DNA from: SAR202 cluster bacterium
GTDB taxonomy: Bacteria > Chloroflexota > Dehalococcoidia > Lucifugimonadales > UBA1123
Direction: 5' to 3'
NCBI GenBank assembly: GCA_030752795.1
Contig: JASMDM010000003.1
Coordinates: 10,832 to 74,831 of the forward strand
DNA: 64,000 nucleotides
Shown here: positions 29,080 to 38,438 of the stretch, piece after piece
Layout of the letters: each line of letters begins with the position of its first letter
How positions within the stretch are numbered: the first letter of the stretch is position 1
Translations under genes and position numbers: made by a program
Notes under the pieces: generated by a model
The model's database searches: none
Seen by the model: only the letters and a program-made list of their open reading frames with translations
Told to the model about the DNA's origin: nothing

Positions 29080-31110
29080 TTAGTCGTCGAGCCACGCTTT
29101 GTGGAGCAGAAGCCACCGCGACGGATGCGCCGCAACGCCACGCACGTTGTCTCTAACGCCGAAGAACACCGGGCTGAACACAGGGATGATGCGGGGCACT
29201 TCTTCGACCACGAGGGCTTGGAGTTCTCCGTAGGTCGCCTTGCGGTCCGCCAGATCGGCCTGGCCTCGGGCCTGGACGATTAACGCATCGGCCGCGTGGC
29301 TGACCCAGAATGCTTCGTTCCAAACGGCATCTGACTTGTAGACGATGCTGAATGCCTGGTCCGGGTTTCGTCCGTTCCAGCCGACCGTGGTAAACGGCTC
29401 GGTCATCCAAACGCTGGCCCAGTATTTGTCTTCCGGAGCTCGCTCGATGCTGATGTTGATGCCAGCGGGCGCTGCCGACTCTTTGAGCGCGACTGCCATC
29501 TCGACCATACCTGGGGTGACGGTGCTCGTGTGGAGCGTAATGTCGAGCCCGTCAGCGAATCCGGCGTCGGCCAGAAGCTGTTGGGCTTTGGCTACGTCGT
29601 ACGCGGGGATGGCAACGCTGTCGTCGTAATGAGGGTCGTTCGGCGGGACGGGATGGTCGTTGGCGATCGCGCCTCGACCGAACAGCGCGACCTGGCGGAT
29701 CGTCTCTCGATCCGTGGCCGCCTGGATGGCTTGTCTCACGCGGACATCGTCGAACGGGGGAACTCGAACGTCCATCGAAAGGTTCAGGTAGGCAGATGAC
29801 GCCGTCTCCAACACAACCGCGCCGCGAGCCGATTCGACGCCGCTCACGCTGGAAGGCTCCAGCGGGAACTGGATGTCGACCTGGCCGGACTTGAGGGCCT
29901 CGGCTCGTGTTACGGGCTCAGGCATGTAGAAGATAGCCACCTTGTTCAGATAAGGCTTACCTTCGTCCCAATAGTCGGTGTTTCGGTCATAGGACACGAG
30001 TTCGTTCGGCCTGGACTCGGTGAGCGAGAACGGGCCGGTGCCGAACATCTCGGTTGCCAGCCTGTCTGCGTCGATGTCCGACGGGATGATGCGGCCTTGG
30101 TAGAGCGACAACGTGTCAGGCAGGAACGCGTTCGCTCCGGCCATGTCGATTGTGACCGTGTAGTCGTCCAGAACCGTAACTCCGGTAATAAAGTCGAGAG
30201 CCGATCTCGCCGGGGAACCGGTCGCTTCGTCAAGAATTCTCTCGAACGTGAAGACGACGTCTTCAGCGGTCATCTCTTTGCCGTGGACAAACTTGACGCC
30301 TTCGCGCAATTTGAACTCGTAGCTCGTCAAGTCGTCGTTTGGCGTCCATGACGTGGCCAGATGGGGCTCCAACGACAGATCTTCCATGCGCAAGATCAGA
30401 TTGTTGTATGCCTGCATCGTAGTTGTGTTGTCGATCGTGCTCAAGCTCAGCGCTGGATCCAGTGTGTTGCTGTCCGTGGGCATCACGACACGCAACGTCC
30501 CGCCGGTTTTGATCTCGCTCTGAGCAAACGTGGGAGTCGGTGTGGCCTCTGCCGCAGCAGCCTGCTGAGCCACGACCTGGTACACCGTTTCGGCTGCGGC
30601 TTCGGCGGCGGCGGCGGCTTCGGCAGCGAGAGCCGCCGCTGCACCGGACGCCTCAACGGCCTGGGTGATCAGCCCTTCGATATCTTCCCGGGAAGCCGAT
30701 CCGCTTGTGGCGGCAGCGAGCGCGGCCTCGACCATCGAGTTGATGTCCGCGGCGCTTAGCGGCTCGGTGGCCTGTGCGGCGGAGGCGGCGATTGCCGATT
30801 CCACCATGGCTTGGAGCTCTGCTGCAGACACCTGATCAGGAATCTCAGGGGCAGGGATACTCGAAACAGCGCCACTAACCATGGACTGGATCTCGGCTGC
30901 CGTAACTGGCGCGAGAGCGGCCGGAGCCGCCTTCAACGCCTCCGCAACCGCTTCTTGCACGGCGGACGAGATCGCGCCTGTGTCGATCGGCGCCGCCGGG
31001 GCGGGCTCGCTGTCGCTGGTGCATGCAGCGGCGATCAGGGCAAGCGCCACGACGACGAGCATCGACGGGAACAGCCTGTTCCAGTGTGGTTTACCTATCA
31101 TTGTTTCCAA
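29080..31110 (-). CDS. ABC transporter substrate-binding lipoprotein, family 5
   Basis: Lipobox AAAC, long Ala-rich N-terminal stalk, TLDP, LREGVKF, GTGPF, DVRVRQAI; start TTG 31110 or ATG 31101. Confidence 0.92.
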   Translation of the reverse strand: METMIGKPHWNRLFPSMLVVVALALIAAACTSDSEPAPAAPIDTGAISSAVQEAVAEALKAAPAALAPVTAAEIQSMVSGAVSSIPAPEIPDQVSAAELQAMVESAIAASAAQATEPLSAADINSMVEAALAAATSGSASREDIEGLITQAVEASGAAAALAAEAAAAAEAAAETVYQVVAQQAAAAEATPTPTFAQSEIKTGGTLRVVMPTDSNTLDPALSLSTIDNTTTMQAYNNLILRMEDLSLEPHLATSWTPNDDLTSYEFKLREGVKFVHGKEMTAEDVVFTFERILDEATGSPARSALDFITGVTVLDDYTVTIDMAGANAFLPDTLSLYQGRIIPSDIDADRLATEMFGTGPFSLTESRPNELVSYDRNTDYWDEGKPYLNKVAIFYMPEPVTRAEALKSGQVDIQFPLEPSSVSGVESARGAVVLETASSAYLNLSMDVRVPPFDDVRVRQAIQAATDRETIRQVALFGRGAIANDHPVPPNDPHYDDSVAIPAYDVAKAQQLLADAGFADGLDITLHTSTVTPGMVEMAVALKESAAPAGINISIERAPEDKYWASVWMTEPFTTVGWNGRNPDQAFSIVYKSDAVWNEAFWVSHAADALIVQARGQADLADRKATYGELQALVVEEVPRIIPVFSPVFFGVRDNVRGVAAHPSRWLLLHKAWLDD

Positions 31111-31721
31111 CCTTTCTCAAATCTGTCCGACGATATTTGTTCAATGGAGGCCCGTGGGTGGGAATCTTCCCGATTGTCCCCAGACGGAGCCTTTGAGCTT
31201 TTTTCAAAACGATCTCGATTGACCAACGCTCGTTTCGCGCTTCGCTGTTTGGTCTGTTCCCTTCAACCACTCCGTCGCTGATTCACAGGCGTGCATCTGG
31301 TGTAAACGAAGTCTGACTTCGATCCAACGGCCTGGGGTCTGTCGTCGTAAATTTCCGCCGAAATTGGCCGTTGGGCGACCGCAGCGGGACACAGACCGGA
31401 AAGGAGCGGGGACGAACCTACACTACAATAGGGAGCGCGCTGAGGTGATACGCGAGTGCAAAAACTGGGTGTAGAGCCGAAGGGTGGAGATCGGGTCTAG
31501 CCGTGGATCAAGCGATCCACGAAAGGTTCGGGACAACCTAATAATGGCGTGGTCACCTCAAGGGTCGTCGAGTCTGCTCATGTTGTGTTCTCCAATCATG
31601 ACGGTCCTAAATGTCGCCCCATTCTTCTGAGACCGCCCTGCTCATCGTAGCTTCTGACTTTCCGCCATCGCAGCACTCTGCAATTTGACCCAAGGTCGAC
31701 GATCAGCCGCTAACACGCTAC

Positions 31722-31750
31722 ACGGTAGCACCCCGCGAGGAGTCAGTCAA
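31722..31750 (-). promoter_or_regulatory. Sigma70-type promoter, minus strand, about 600 nt upstream of the ABC operon
   Basis: TTGACT - 17 nt - TACCGT, with extended -10 TG. Confidence 0.5.
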
Positions 31751-31914
31751 ATTACCTGAACTGATTGAAATCCCCGTCGATGAGACCTGAACTAGCTCTA
31801 TTTAGTCTCTAATCATCGACGCATCGCGGTTTCCCGCCATCGATACTCCGTGGTGACGAAAACGCCTCAATAGCTGAAATTTAGTTCGCGAACGCCCCTC
31901 TTATGACCGTACGA

Positions 31915-31943
31915 TTGACACTGAAAGTGCATGCTCATACACT
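31915..31943 (+). promoter_or_regulatory. Sigma70-type promoter
   Basis: TTGACA - 17 nt - TACACT, 33 nt before ATG 31977. Confidence 0.65.
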
Positions 31944-31976
31944 CGCGAATGATACGCACCGCCTCAGGAGGCCGAC

Positions 31977-33038
31977 ATGGACCAGGCGCGAATCGGCGTC
32001 ATCGGCGCCGGCTGGTGGGCGACCCAGCACCACATGCCTAGCCTCGTTGGCTACGACAGAGCCGAGTTGACCGGGATAGCGGACGTGGAAGCGGAAAAGG
32101 CTAAGCGCGCCGGTGAATTCTACGAGGTCAAAGACAGGTTCGAGGATCACCGCGAGCTGCTGGCCTCGGGAATCGACGGTGTCGTCATTGCCGTCCAGCA
32201 CGCCTATCACTACCAAGTCGCCAAGGACGCTCTCGACGCCGGGGTTCACGTCTTGGTCGAGAAGCCCATGACGTTGAAAGCGTCAGAGGCTTGGGACCTG
32301 GTTGAGCGGGCCGACCGACTCGGCCTTCACTTGATGGTCGGCTACACCTACCAGTTCACAAAGCACGCCGAAGCGGCCCGTAAGATCGTACAGTCCGGAC
32401 GGATCGGCGAACTGCAGTTCGTCAGCGGAATCTTCACGTCGATGGTGGAGTCTTACCTTCGCGGCAAACCACAGGAGTACGCTTCGGAGTTCAACTTCCC
32501 GATTACCGGTCCGAGCGAGGACACGTACTCCGACCCCACCGTCGCGGGAGGCGGCCAAGGCGTGTTACAAGTCACTCACCCCATGGGTATGGTGATGCGC
32601 GTTACAGGCCTAAAAGCGACTCAGGTATTCGCGTTCATGGAAAGCTTCGACCTCGATGTCGATCTCGTCGACACGTTCAGTTACCGCCTAGAAAACGGCG
32701 CTGTCGGCACCATGAGTTCGACCGGTGGAGTTCGGCCGGGTCAACCGTCCGATCAACGGATTATCTATTTCGGGACCAAAGGCCAAGTTCGCCAGGACAT
32801 GATCAACGGCCGCCTCGACGCCCATTTTCACGACGGAACAACGGAAGAATTCACCGACCTGACCAAAGACGAGCTCTACCCCGCCCACGCAACCTCTCGA
32901 GCGCTGGTCGACCTGATCCTGGGAGACGGCGATAATCGCGCCCCAGGCGAGCAGGGGGCGCGAGTGGTCGAGTTCTTGGAGGCCGGCTATCGATCTGCAG
33001 AGACAGGCGCGCCGGTGACCGTGGCAAAGTTGCACTAG
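31977..33038 (+). CDS. Gfo/Idh/MocA family oxidoreductase
   Basis: IGVIGAGWWA, HVLVEKPM; AGGAGG RBS. Confidence 0.9.
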   Translation: MDQARIGVIGAGWWATQHHMPSLVGYDRAELTGIADVEAEKAKRAGEFYEVKDRFEDHRELLASGIDGVVIAVQHAYHYQVAKDALDAGVHVLVEKPMTLKASEAWDLVERADRLGLHLMVGYTYQFTKHAEAARKIVQSGRIGELQFVSGIFTSMVESYLRGKPQEYASEFNFPITGPSEDTYSDPTVAGGGQGVLQVTHPMGMVMRVTGLKATQVFAFMESFDLDVDLVDTFSYRLENGAVGTMSSTGGVRPGQPSDQRIIYFGTKGQVRQDMINGRLDAHFHDGTTEEFTDLTKDELYPAHATSRALVDLILGDGDNRAPGEQGARVVEFLEAGYRSAETGAPVTVAKLH

Positions 33039-33095
33039 CCGGTTGGTCCGTGCCTCTTCCTCGCCCGCCCGAGAGTCTCAGCAAAGGAGCAGACA

Positions 33096-33968
33096 GTGAG
33101 CAAGCTTGATTTCGTCGACACTCACGTCCATTTCTACGACATGCAGCAACCGGACCTGCACTATGCGCACTGGCAGCCGGACGTCGACCCGCCGATGATC
33201 GGCAAGCAGATGCGCAAACTAGGCGAGCGCAATTTCGTGGCCGAGGACTTCGTTGCACTGACGCGCGAGGCCAACGTGACCAAAGCGGTGCACGTTCAGG
33301 CGGCGATCGGATCGCCTGACCCGGTGATGGAGACGAAGTGGCTCCAGGAAGCATCCGACCGCACGGGCTTTCCGCACGCGGTAATCGCCTACGCCGATCT
33401 ACGAGATGCGGCCGTCGAAGAGGTTCTTGCCAGGCACTGCGAATATCCGATCATGCGCGGGATCCGCGATTTCTCGCACGGCGACTATCTGGTCGAGCCT
33501 GATTTTCACCGAGGCTTCGCGCTCCTCGAGAAATACAACCTACGTTCGAGTGTCGCCGTCCAATGGCATGACATGGAAAAACTGCGAGCGCTCGCGGGCA
33601 AATATCCGAACGTGCCTATTGTCGTCGATCATGCGGGTGTTCCGGCTGCGCGCAACTCCGAATACTTCGGGCGCTGGGCGCAGGGCATCACGACCGCCGC
33701 TCAGGCCGAAAGCGTTGTGATGAAGATTTCAGGCCTCGGCATGGGCGACCACAATTGGACCGTGGACAGCATTAGGCCGTACGTGCTCCGCTGCATCGAA
33801 GCGTTCGGGACCGAGCGCGTGATCTTCGCCACCAATTGGCCCGTCGACAGCCTGTTCAGCGACTACGACACAATCGTCGACGCCTACACCGAGATCGTTG
33901 CCGATTTCACCGTCGATGAGCAGTCAGCGATGTTCTCGAAGAACGCCGAGGCGCTGTACGAGATTTGA
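33096..33968 (+). CDS. Amidohydrolase family protein (sugar-lactonase-like)
   Basis: VDTHVH, VHVQA, RGIRD, VVDHAG, MKISG, FATNWPVD, NAEALY. Confidence 0.87.
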   Translation: MSKLDFVDTHVHFYDMQQPDLHYAHWQPDVDPPMIGKQMRKLGERNFVAEDFVALTREANVTKAVHVQAAIGSPDPVMETKWLQEASDRTGFPHAVIAYADLRDAAVEEVLARHCEYPIMRGIRDFSHGDYLVEPDFHRGFALLEKYNLRSSVAVQWHDMEKLRALAGKYPNVPIVVDHAGVPAARNSEYFGRWAQGITTAAQAESVVMKISGLGMGDHNWTVDSIRPYVLRCIEAFGTERVIFATNWPVDSLFSDYDTIVDAYTEIVADFTVDEQSAMFSKNAEALYEI

Positions 33969-33986
33969 GCGGCGCTTGCCCTGTGC

Positions 33987-34820
33987 CTATGCCGGCGCGT
34001 TAGGCATCACTTCTTTGGTGAACCACTCGATTCGCGACACCATCTCGTCCGCGGGGTACGCCCAGACGGCGCCATAGTTCGTGCAGCCGGCGTCGGCGTA
34101 GCTCCGGATTGTCGCCAGGAAGTCGTCGGTTTTTTCGTGCGGGGTGAAGTGCTGCAGCGAGGCTTTGATGTCCCTGGGTACGCCCAAATCGGAACGCAAC
34201 TTTCGCAGGTGTTCGATCCCGGTCCGATAGTCGTCCGGCTCGAGGTTGGTCGGTATCCAGCAATCGGCGTAACGCGCGGCGAGTCGCATCATCCGCCTGC
34301 CACGAGTTCCGAACCACAGTTGCGGCCTCGGTTGCTGCACCGGCAGCGGCGCGATCTGCGCCCCGGTTGCCGTGTAGTGGGTCCCGCTGTGGTCGACCGA
34401 ACCGCCTCGCCACAGGCGATCGATGAGCTCGAGCGCCTCGATCGTCTGATCGACACGAACGCGCGGCGCCTCCCAGCGACTGAAGCCGTCGAATTCGGGT
34501 TGATGCCAGCCGGCCCCGACGCCGAGTATCGCCCTGCCCTTCGACAGAACATCAACCGTTGCCACGATTTTCGCGAGTTGCGCCGGGGGCCGGAACGGTA
34601 TCGGAGTGACAACCGTTCCGAGCATGATCGACGAAGTCTTCCCCGCGACGAAGGCGAGGGTCGCCCAGGCGTCGAGCGTGTTGGGCCCGCCGGGGGTCAT
34701 GTAGTGGTCCCACACCAGGAACGATTGGAAGCCCGCGTTTTCGGCGGCAACGGCTGCTGCCGTGACGTGTTCAGGGTCGCAGTAGCCTTCCCGCACCGGG
34801 TAGATCAAACTGAATTCCAC
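33987..34820 (-). CDS. LLM-class (luciferase-like, probably F420-dependent) oxidoreductase
   Basis: VWDH, LGTVVTPIPFRPPAQLAK...DVLSKGRAILGVGAGW, PVQQPRP. Confidence 0.9.
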   Translation of the reverse strand: MEFSLIYPVREGYCDPEHVTAAAVAAENAGFQSFLVWDHYMTPGGPNTLDAWATLAFVAGKTSSIMLGTVVTPIPFRPPAQLAKIVATVDVLSKGRAILGVGAGWHQPEFDGFSRWEAPRVRVDQTIEALELIDRLWRGGSVDHSGTHYTATGAQIAPLPVQQPRPQLWFGTRGRRMMRLAARYADCWIPTNLEPDDYRTGIEHLRKLRSDLGVPRDIKASLQHFTPHEKTDDFLATIRSYADAGCTNYGAVWAYPADEMVSRIEWFTKEVMPNAPA

Positions 34821-34962
34821 GATTTTCTCCTTCCGGGAAACTCACATCGTATTGCTCGAAGATATGTCGATGTGCGATGTGCCCGGCATTTTCGATGCGC
34901 ATCGTTTGTGCCCCACCCTGGGTTTTGGGCGTAAATATCCGGTCGGACTGTCAGTCGGCCAG

Positions 34963-35793
34963 CTAGGAGACGACCGCTGGCCACAGGTTCGGAATGTCGA
35001 GCACCGGTTCGCCTTTAATGCTTTTCACGAGCTCGAACGTCTCGCGGACCCGTTCGTCGCTGCCGGCCATCGCGAGGACAACGCTGCCCTCGGAACCGGC
35101 GACTCCGCCCGATGCCACGAGGGTGGCTTCGACGCCGCCGAGCACAGCCAGCGCTTCGATCTCTGTGACCGCGTCGGCGTTCATGATCGGCACCAGACCG
35201 ACCTTGCCTCCCATCACGTATTGGTAGAGTTCCTGTCCAGAATTTCGCGCGGCCTCGGCGACGGACGGAACCAGTTTCTCTAGTCCGACAGGTGTAATCA
35301 GGTGGGCGCCGCGAGCCATTGCGATCGGCCACACGTCGCCGACCGTGCCACCCATGTTGTTCCCTGAAAGCACACCGACGTTGCCCAGCGAATCCAGAGC
35401 GTTGACGCCTTTGATGACCACGTCTTGAGCAGTGACTTCGCCCATCGCGTCCCCCATGCTCTGCTCCGAGAGCTGGCCGTCACGGATTACCCAGGGACCC
35501 AGCGGTTCGTCAGGGTTCGTGGAGCCGAGGATGCCGTCGGTTATGATGCCGGCAGTGCAGTTCGCCTTGTCCAGCGTGATCCCTAGCAGTTCCTCCGCAA
35601 CGTAGGCGGTGGTCACACCTCTGCAGACGACGATGATGCCCTTGTCCAGGGATCGCTGAACCTCCGGGAGCATGACCATCGCTTTGGCGAGGAGCCGCCG
35701 CGACTCGGGCGGTGTCAGAACAACGATGCCGTGGGTGCGGTCGTCCCGGCCGCCTTCGATATTCTCAACGAATCGTGATGCGTCGTAGTACAT
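34963..35793 (-). CDS. Conserved hypothetical protein
   Basis: 276 aa with GGAGG RBS; VLTPPESRRLLAKA, KGVNALD, GGTVG, PVGLEKLVP, GGVAGSEG; function unknown. Confidence 0.7.
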   Translation of the reverse strand: MYYDASRFVENIEGGRDDRTHGIVVLTPPESRRLLAKAMVMLPEVQRSLDKGIIVVCRGVTTAYVAEELLGITLDKANCTAGIITDGILGSTNPDEPLGPWVIRDGQLSEQSMGDAMGEVTAQDVVIKGVNALDSLGNVGVLSGNNMGGTVGDVWPIAMARGAHLITPVGLEKLVPSVAEAARNSGQELYQYVMGGKVGLVPIMNADAVTEIEALAVLGGVEATLVASGGVAGSEGSVVLAMAGSDERVRETFELVKSIKGEPVLDIPNLWPAVVS

Positions 35794-36206
35794 CTTTTGC
35801 CTCCATGCGCCCTTGCTCGGGCGGTGCTTAGCCTGTTTGCGGATTGAAAGGTTGTTTGAGCGGGTCGCTCGGCCGCTCGAACTCGGCAACACTGCATCGT
35901 AAGCGACGGTCGGCGCGAGTAAGGCGCCCTACTGAGTTCGCCCCGCCGATGGCTGCCGGAAGTAATCCGAAATCGATCCGTCGGGTCGCGAGTGCAAGCG
36001 GCCTAACGCAGAGCGGCAGCAGCCGCATTATCATCGTTGGCTGGCCGATCCGATGGTATGATTCGCGCACGCCGTTGTCAATCGGCGATCGCGTCGCGAC
36101 AATCCGTGCCGCGGCGCGGCGTCGCTGATAGAATGGGGCGGCCAGCAACCAAGGGCGACGGTCGACCGATCCCTGCTGATTTTACGAAAAACACGGAGGA
36201 CTCAAT

Positions 36207-36524
36207 TTGTATCTGATACGACGCATTTTCAACACCAAGCCCGGTGAGGCGCTAAACGTCGCGAACCTGTTGCATAAGCAGGCACAGCTCTATCACGACG
36301 CCGGACAGCGAGGCGAGTTCAGGGTCTCGTACAACGGCTACACGCTGCCAGGCGACCAGAATATCGTCGTGCTGGAGTGGACCGACGAGGCCATCCAATC
36401 GCCAGGGCGTCCGGGCAACGACCTGCCACAAGCGGCCCTCGAAGTCGGCGCGAAGGTTCGCCCGCTGATCGAGAGCCAACGCATTGAATTCATGGAGCTC
36501 CTGACGCCCGACCAGGTGGTCTAG
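36207..36524 (+). CDS. Small hypothetical protein (NIPSNAP/dimeric alpha-beta barrel-like)
   Basis: GGAGG RBS, TTG start, YLIRRIFNTKPG. Confidence 0.65.
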   Translation: MYLIRRIFNTKPGEALNVANLLHKQAQLYHDAGQRGEFRVSYNGYTLPGDQNIVVLEWTDEAIQSPGRPGNDLPQAALEVGAKVRPLIESQRIEFMELLTPDQVV

Positions 36525-36699
36525 AGGCGTCGAGCAGGGACGTTTCGCCGCGCGTAGTCGACTAGCGAGCCACGAATTGCTCGCCGCTCGCAGCCTCCGT
36601 TCTCGGAACCCAATGCTGTTCGTTCGTCTGACGAACGGATATGCCAAGTGCGACTGCTTGACCGCGACGACGCCCTGCTCCCGTCCATGTACACTCGAC

Positions 36700-37764
36700 A
36701 TGACAGATGACCGAATTCGGATCGTACTGCTGGCCGACACGCATCTAGGTTACGACTTTCCAGTCAGGCCGCGCGTCGAAAGGCGCAGGCGCGGGCCGGA
36801 TTTCTTCGACAAATTCCAACGCGTGCTCGACCACGCAACTCGAACGAAACCGGACATGTTAATCCACGGCGGCGACTTCTTTTTCCGGGCCAGGGTGCCG
36901 CCGAAGATCGTGGACATGTCGTACGAGATGCTGTACAAGTTCGCCCAGTCTGGCATCCCGACCTTGATCGTTCCGGGCAACCACGAGCGGTCGCGACTGC
37001 CGCCTTCAATCTGGTTGGGCCACCCGAACATTCTCGTCTTCGACCGACCCAAAACCTATCGGATCGAGACGAAAAACGGCTCGGTCGCGGTGGCAGGTTT
37101 CCCGTTCGTACGAGGCGACCTCCACGAGCAGTTCGGCCCGGTTCTCGACGAGACCGGATGGGAAGACGAGCCGGCCGACGTGAAGCTGCTCTGCATGCAC
37201 CAGGCGATCCAAGGCGCGCAGGTTGGGGCGAACAACTACACGTTCCGCACGGCCAACGATGTCGTCCAGATGGCTCAGATCCCTCCCGAGTTCGACGCCT
37301 TGCTCGCGGGCCACATCCACCGCGCGCAAATCCTGAAACGACCGAGAGACGACGACGACATGCCGGTGATATATCCGGGCTCGACCGAGCGGACATCGTT
37401 CGCCGAACGTTACGAACCCAAGGGGTTCTACGAAATCGACATCGTCAAAAACCCGGACGGCGGACGGCGTTCGGTCGAGGCGCGATTCCACGAGCTCCCT
37501 GTCCGCCCGATGGTCGATGTCGCTATCGACGACATTGTGAGCCCGGACGAGCTGAATAGTTTCTTGCGCGAAGAGGCCGCCGAAATCGACGCAAATGCCG
37601 TCGTGCGGATCACGTGCGAGAACGAGCTCGCCAACACGATTCACGATCGATTGACGGCGTCGTTTCTGCGATCGGTGTTCCCCGCCACGATGAGCGTGCA
37701 GTTGGGTGTAAACTTGTACGGCGAAGAGCGGCGGTCCCGGTCCGGGTCGAGGCGGCGGTCGTAA
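36700..37764 (+). CDS. Metallophosphoesterase, SbcD/Mre11-like nuclease
   Basis: DTHLG, GGDFF, PGNHE, MHQ, GHIH, YPGSTERTSFAE. Confidence 0.85.
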   Translation: MTDDRIRIVLLADTHLGYDFPVRPRVERRRRGPDFFDKFQRVLDHATRTKPDMLIHGGDFFFRARVPPKIVDMSYEMLYKFAQSGIPTLIVPGNHERSRLPPSIWLGHPNILVFDRPKTYRIETKNGSVAVAGFPFVRGDLHEQFGPVLDETGWEDEPADVKLLCMHQAIQGAQVGANNYTFRTANDVVQMAQIPPEFDALLAGHIHRAQILKRPRDDDDMPVIYPGSTERTSFAERYEPKGFYEIDIVKNPDGGRRSVEARFHELPVRPMVDVAIDDIVSPDELNSFLREEAAEIDANAVVRITCENELANTIHDRLTASFLRSVFPATMSVQLGVNLYGEERRSRSGSRRRS

Positions 37765-37992
37765 GTTGCGCGGCATCGAACGCCGAAGAAGATAGGGCTG
37801 CGCGGTCATGGAGTGCGCGGGCGAAGGATTGTCGGCTGTGGCATTGGCATGAAAGTGGCTGCACTGGGTCGGCCTGAAGGCCGAGCCCCCCATTCGATTG
37901 GTGCTCTGGCCCTTGTGATCATCAACTAAATAAGTTGTGCCCAACGCTCCTCGTGATGCTGGGCATCCGGCCATGGTGAGCCACGCACCCAT

Positions 37993-38018
37993 CCGTTCGC
38001 CCTGAGCCTGTCGAAGGG
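37993..38018. repeat. REP-like element CCGTTCG-NNN-TGAGCCTGTCGAA-NNN, copy A
   Basis: ccgttcgccctgagcctgtcgaaggg; inverted copy at 61689-61714. Confidence 0.75.
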
Positions 38019-38153
38019 TCGCACGCATGCAAGAGTCGCTTGAGCCGTTACTGTCATTGACCCAGTACGTTGTTCTCAACGTTTCTTGCCATCCTGGGTG
38101 ACCTGGAGAAAAAGAAACGTTTGGGGTCGCTCAGGCAACGAGCCGTGTTCAAC

Positions 38154-38193
38154 GACCAGATTCTTCTCCTTCCCCGGAAGGATCAGAATGACA
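38154..38193. repeat. Interspersed palindromic repeat (GACCAGATTCTT...GAATGACA family), copy B
   Basis: gaccagattcttctccttccccggaaggatcagaatgaca. Confidence 0.7.
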
Positions 38194-38321
38194 CATTTTG
38201 GACAATGCCGATTATTTCGTTTATCGCCATCAGGGCCAAGCCTAGTGTTCATGCCCTGACACAAGGTGGCAAGTGTCATGAGTGTTTCTGTCGCGAGGCC
38301 GGTTTGCGGTGGCAAGTAGCT

Positions 38322-38363
38322 GCGGGAGGTTTTCCCGCCTCCAACGGGACTCCCCTACGGATT
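38322..38363. repeat. Degenerate GTAG-type REP
   Basis: gcgggagg...tcccctacggatt, sharing both ends with 47129-47160. Confidence 0.5.
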
Positions 38364-38438
38364 ATCGCCAAGGTTCGCTGTTTTATTGGTCCGACACGAT
38401 GAATGTTACTTGGGAACAATGCATTTCGGAGGGTGTAT

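Noticed and set aside
31425-31581. Readthrough of the MSRLDDP-TGA micro-ORF as a third selenoprotein
   Set aside because: The extended peptide resembles no family I know, and there is no convincing SECIS hairpin
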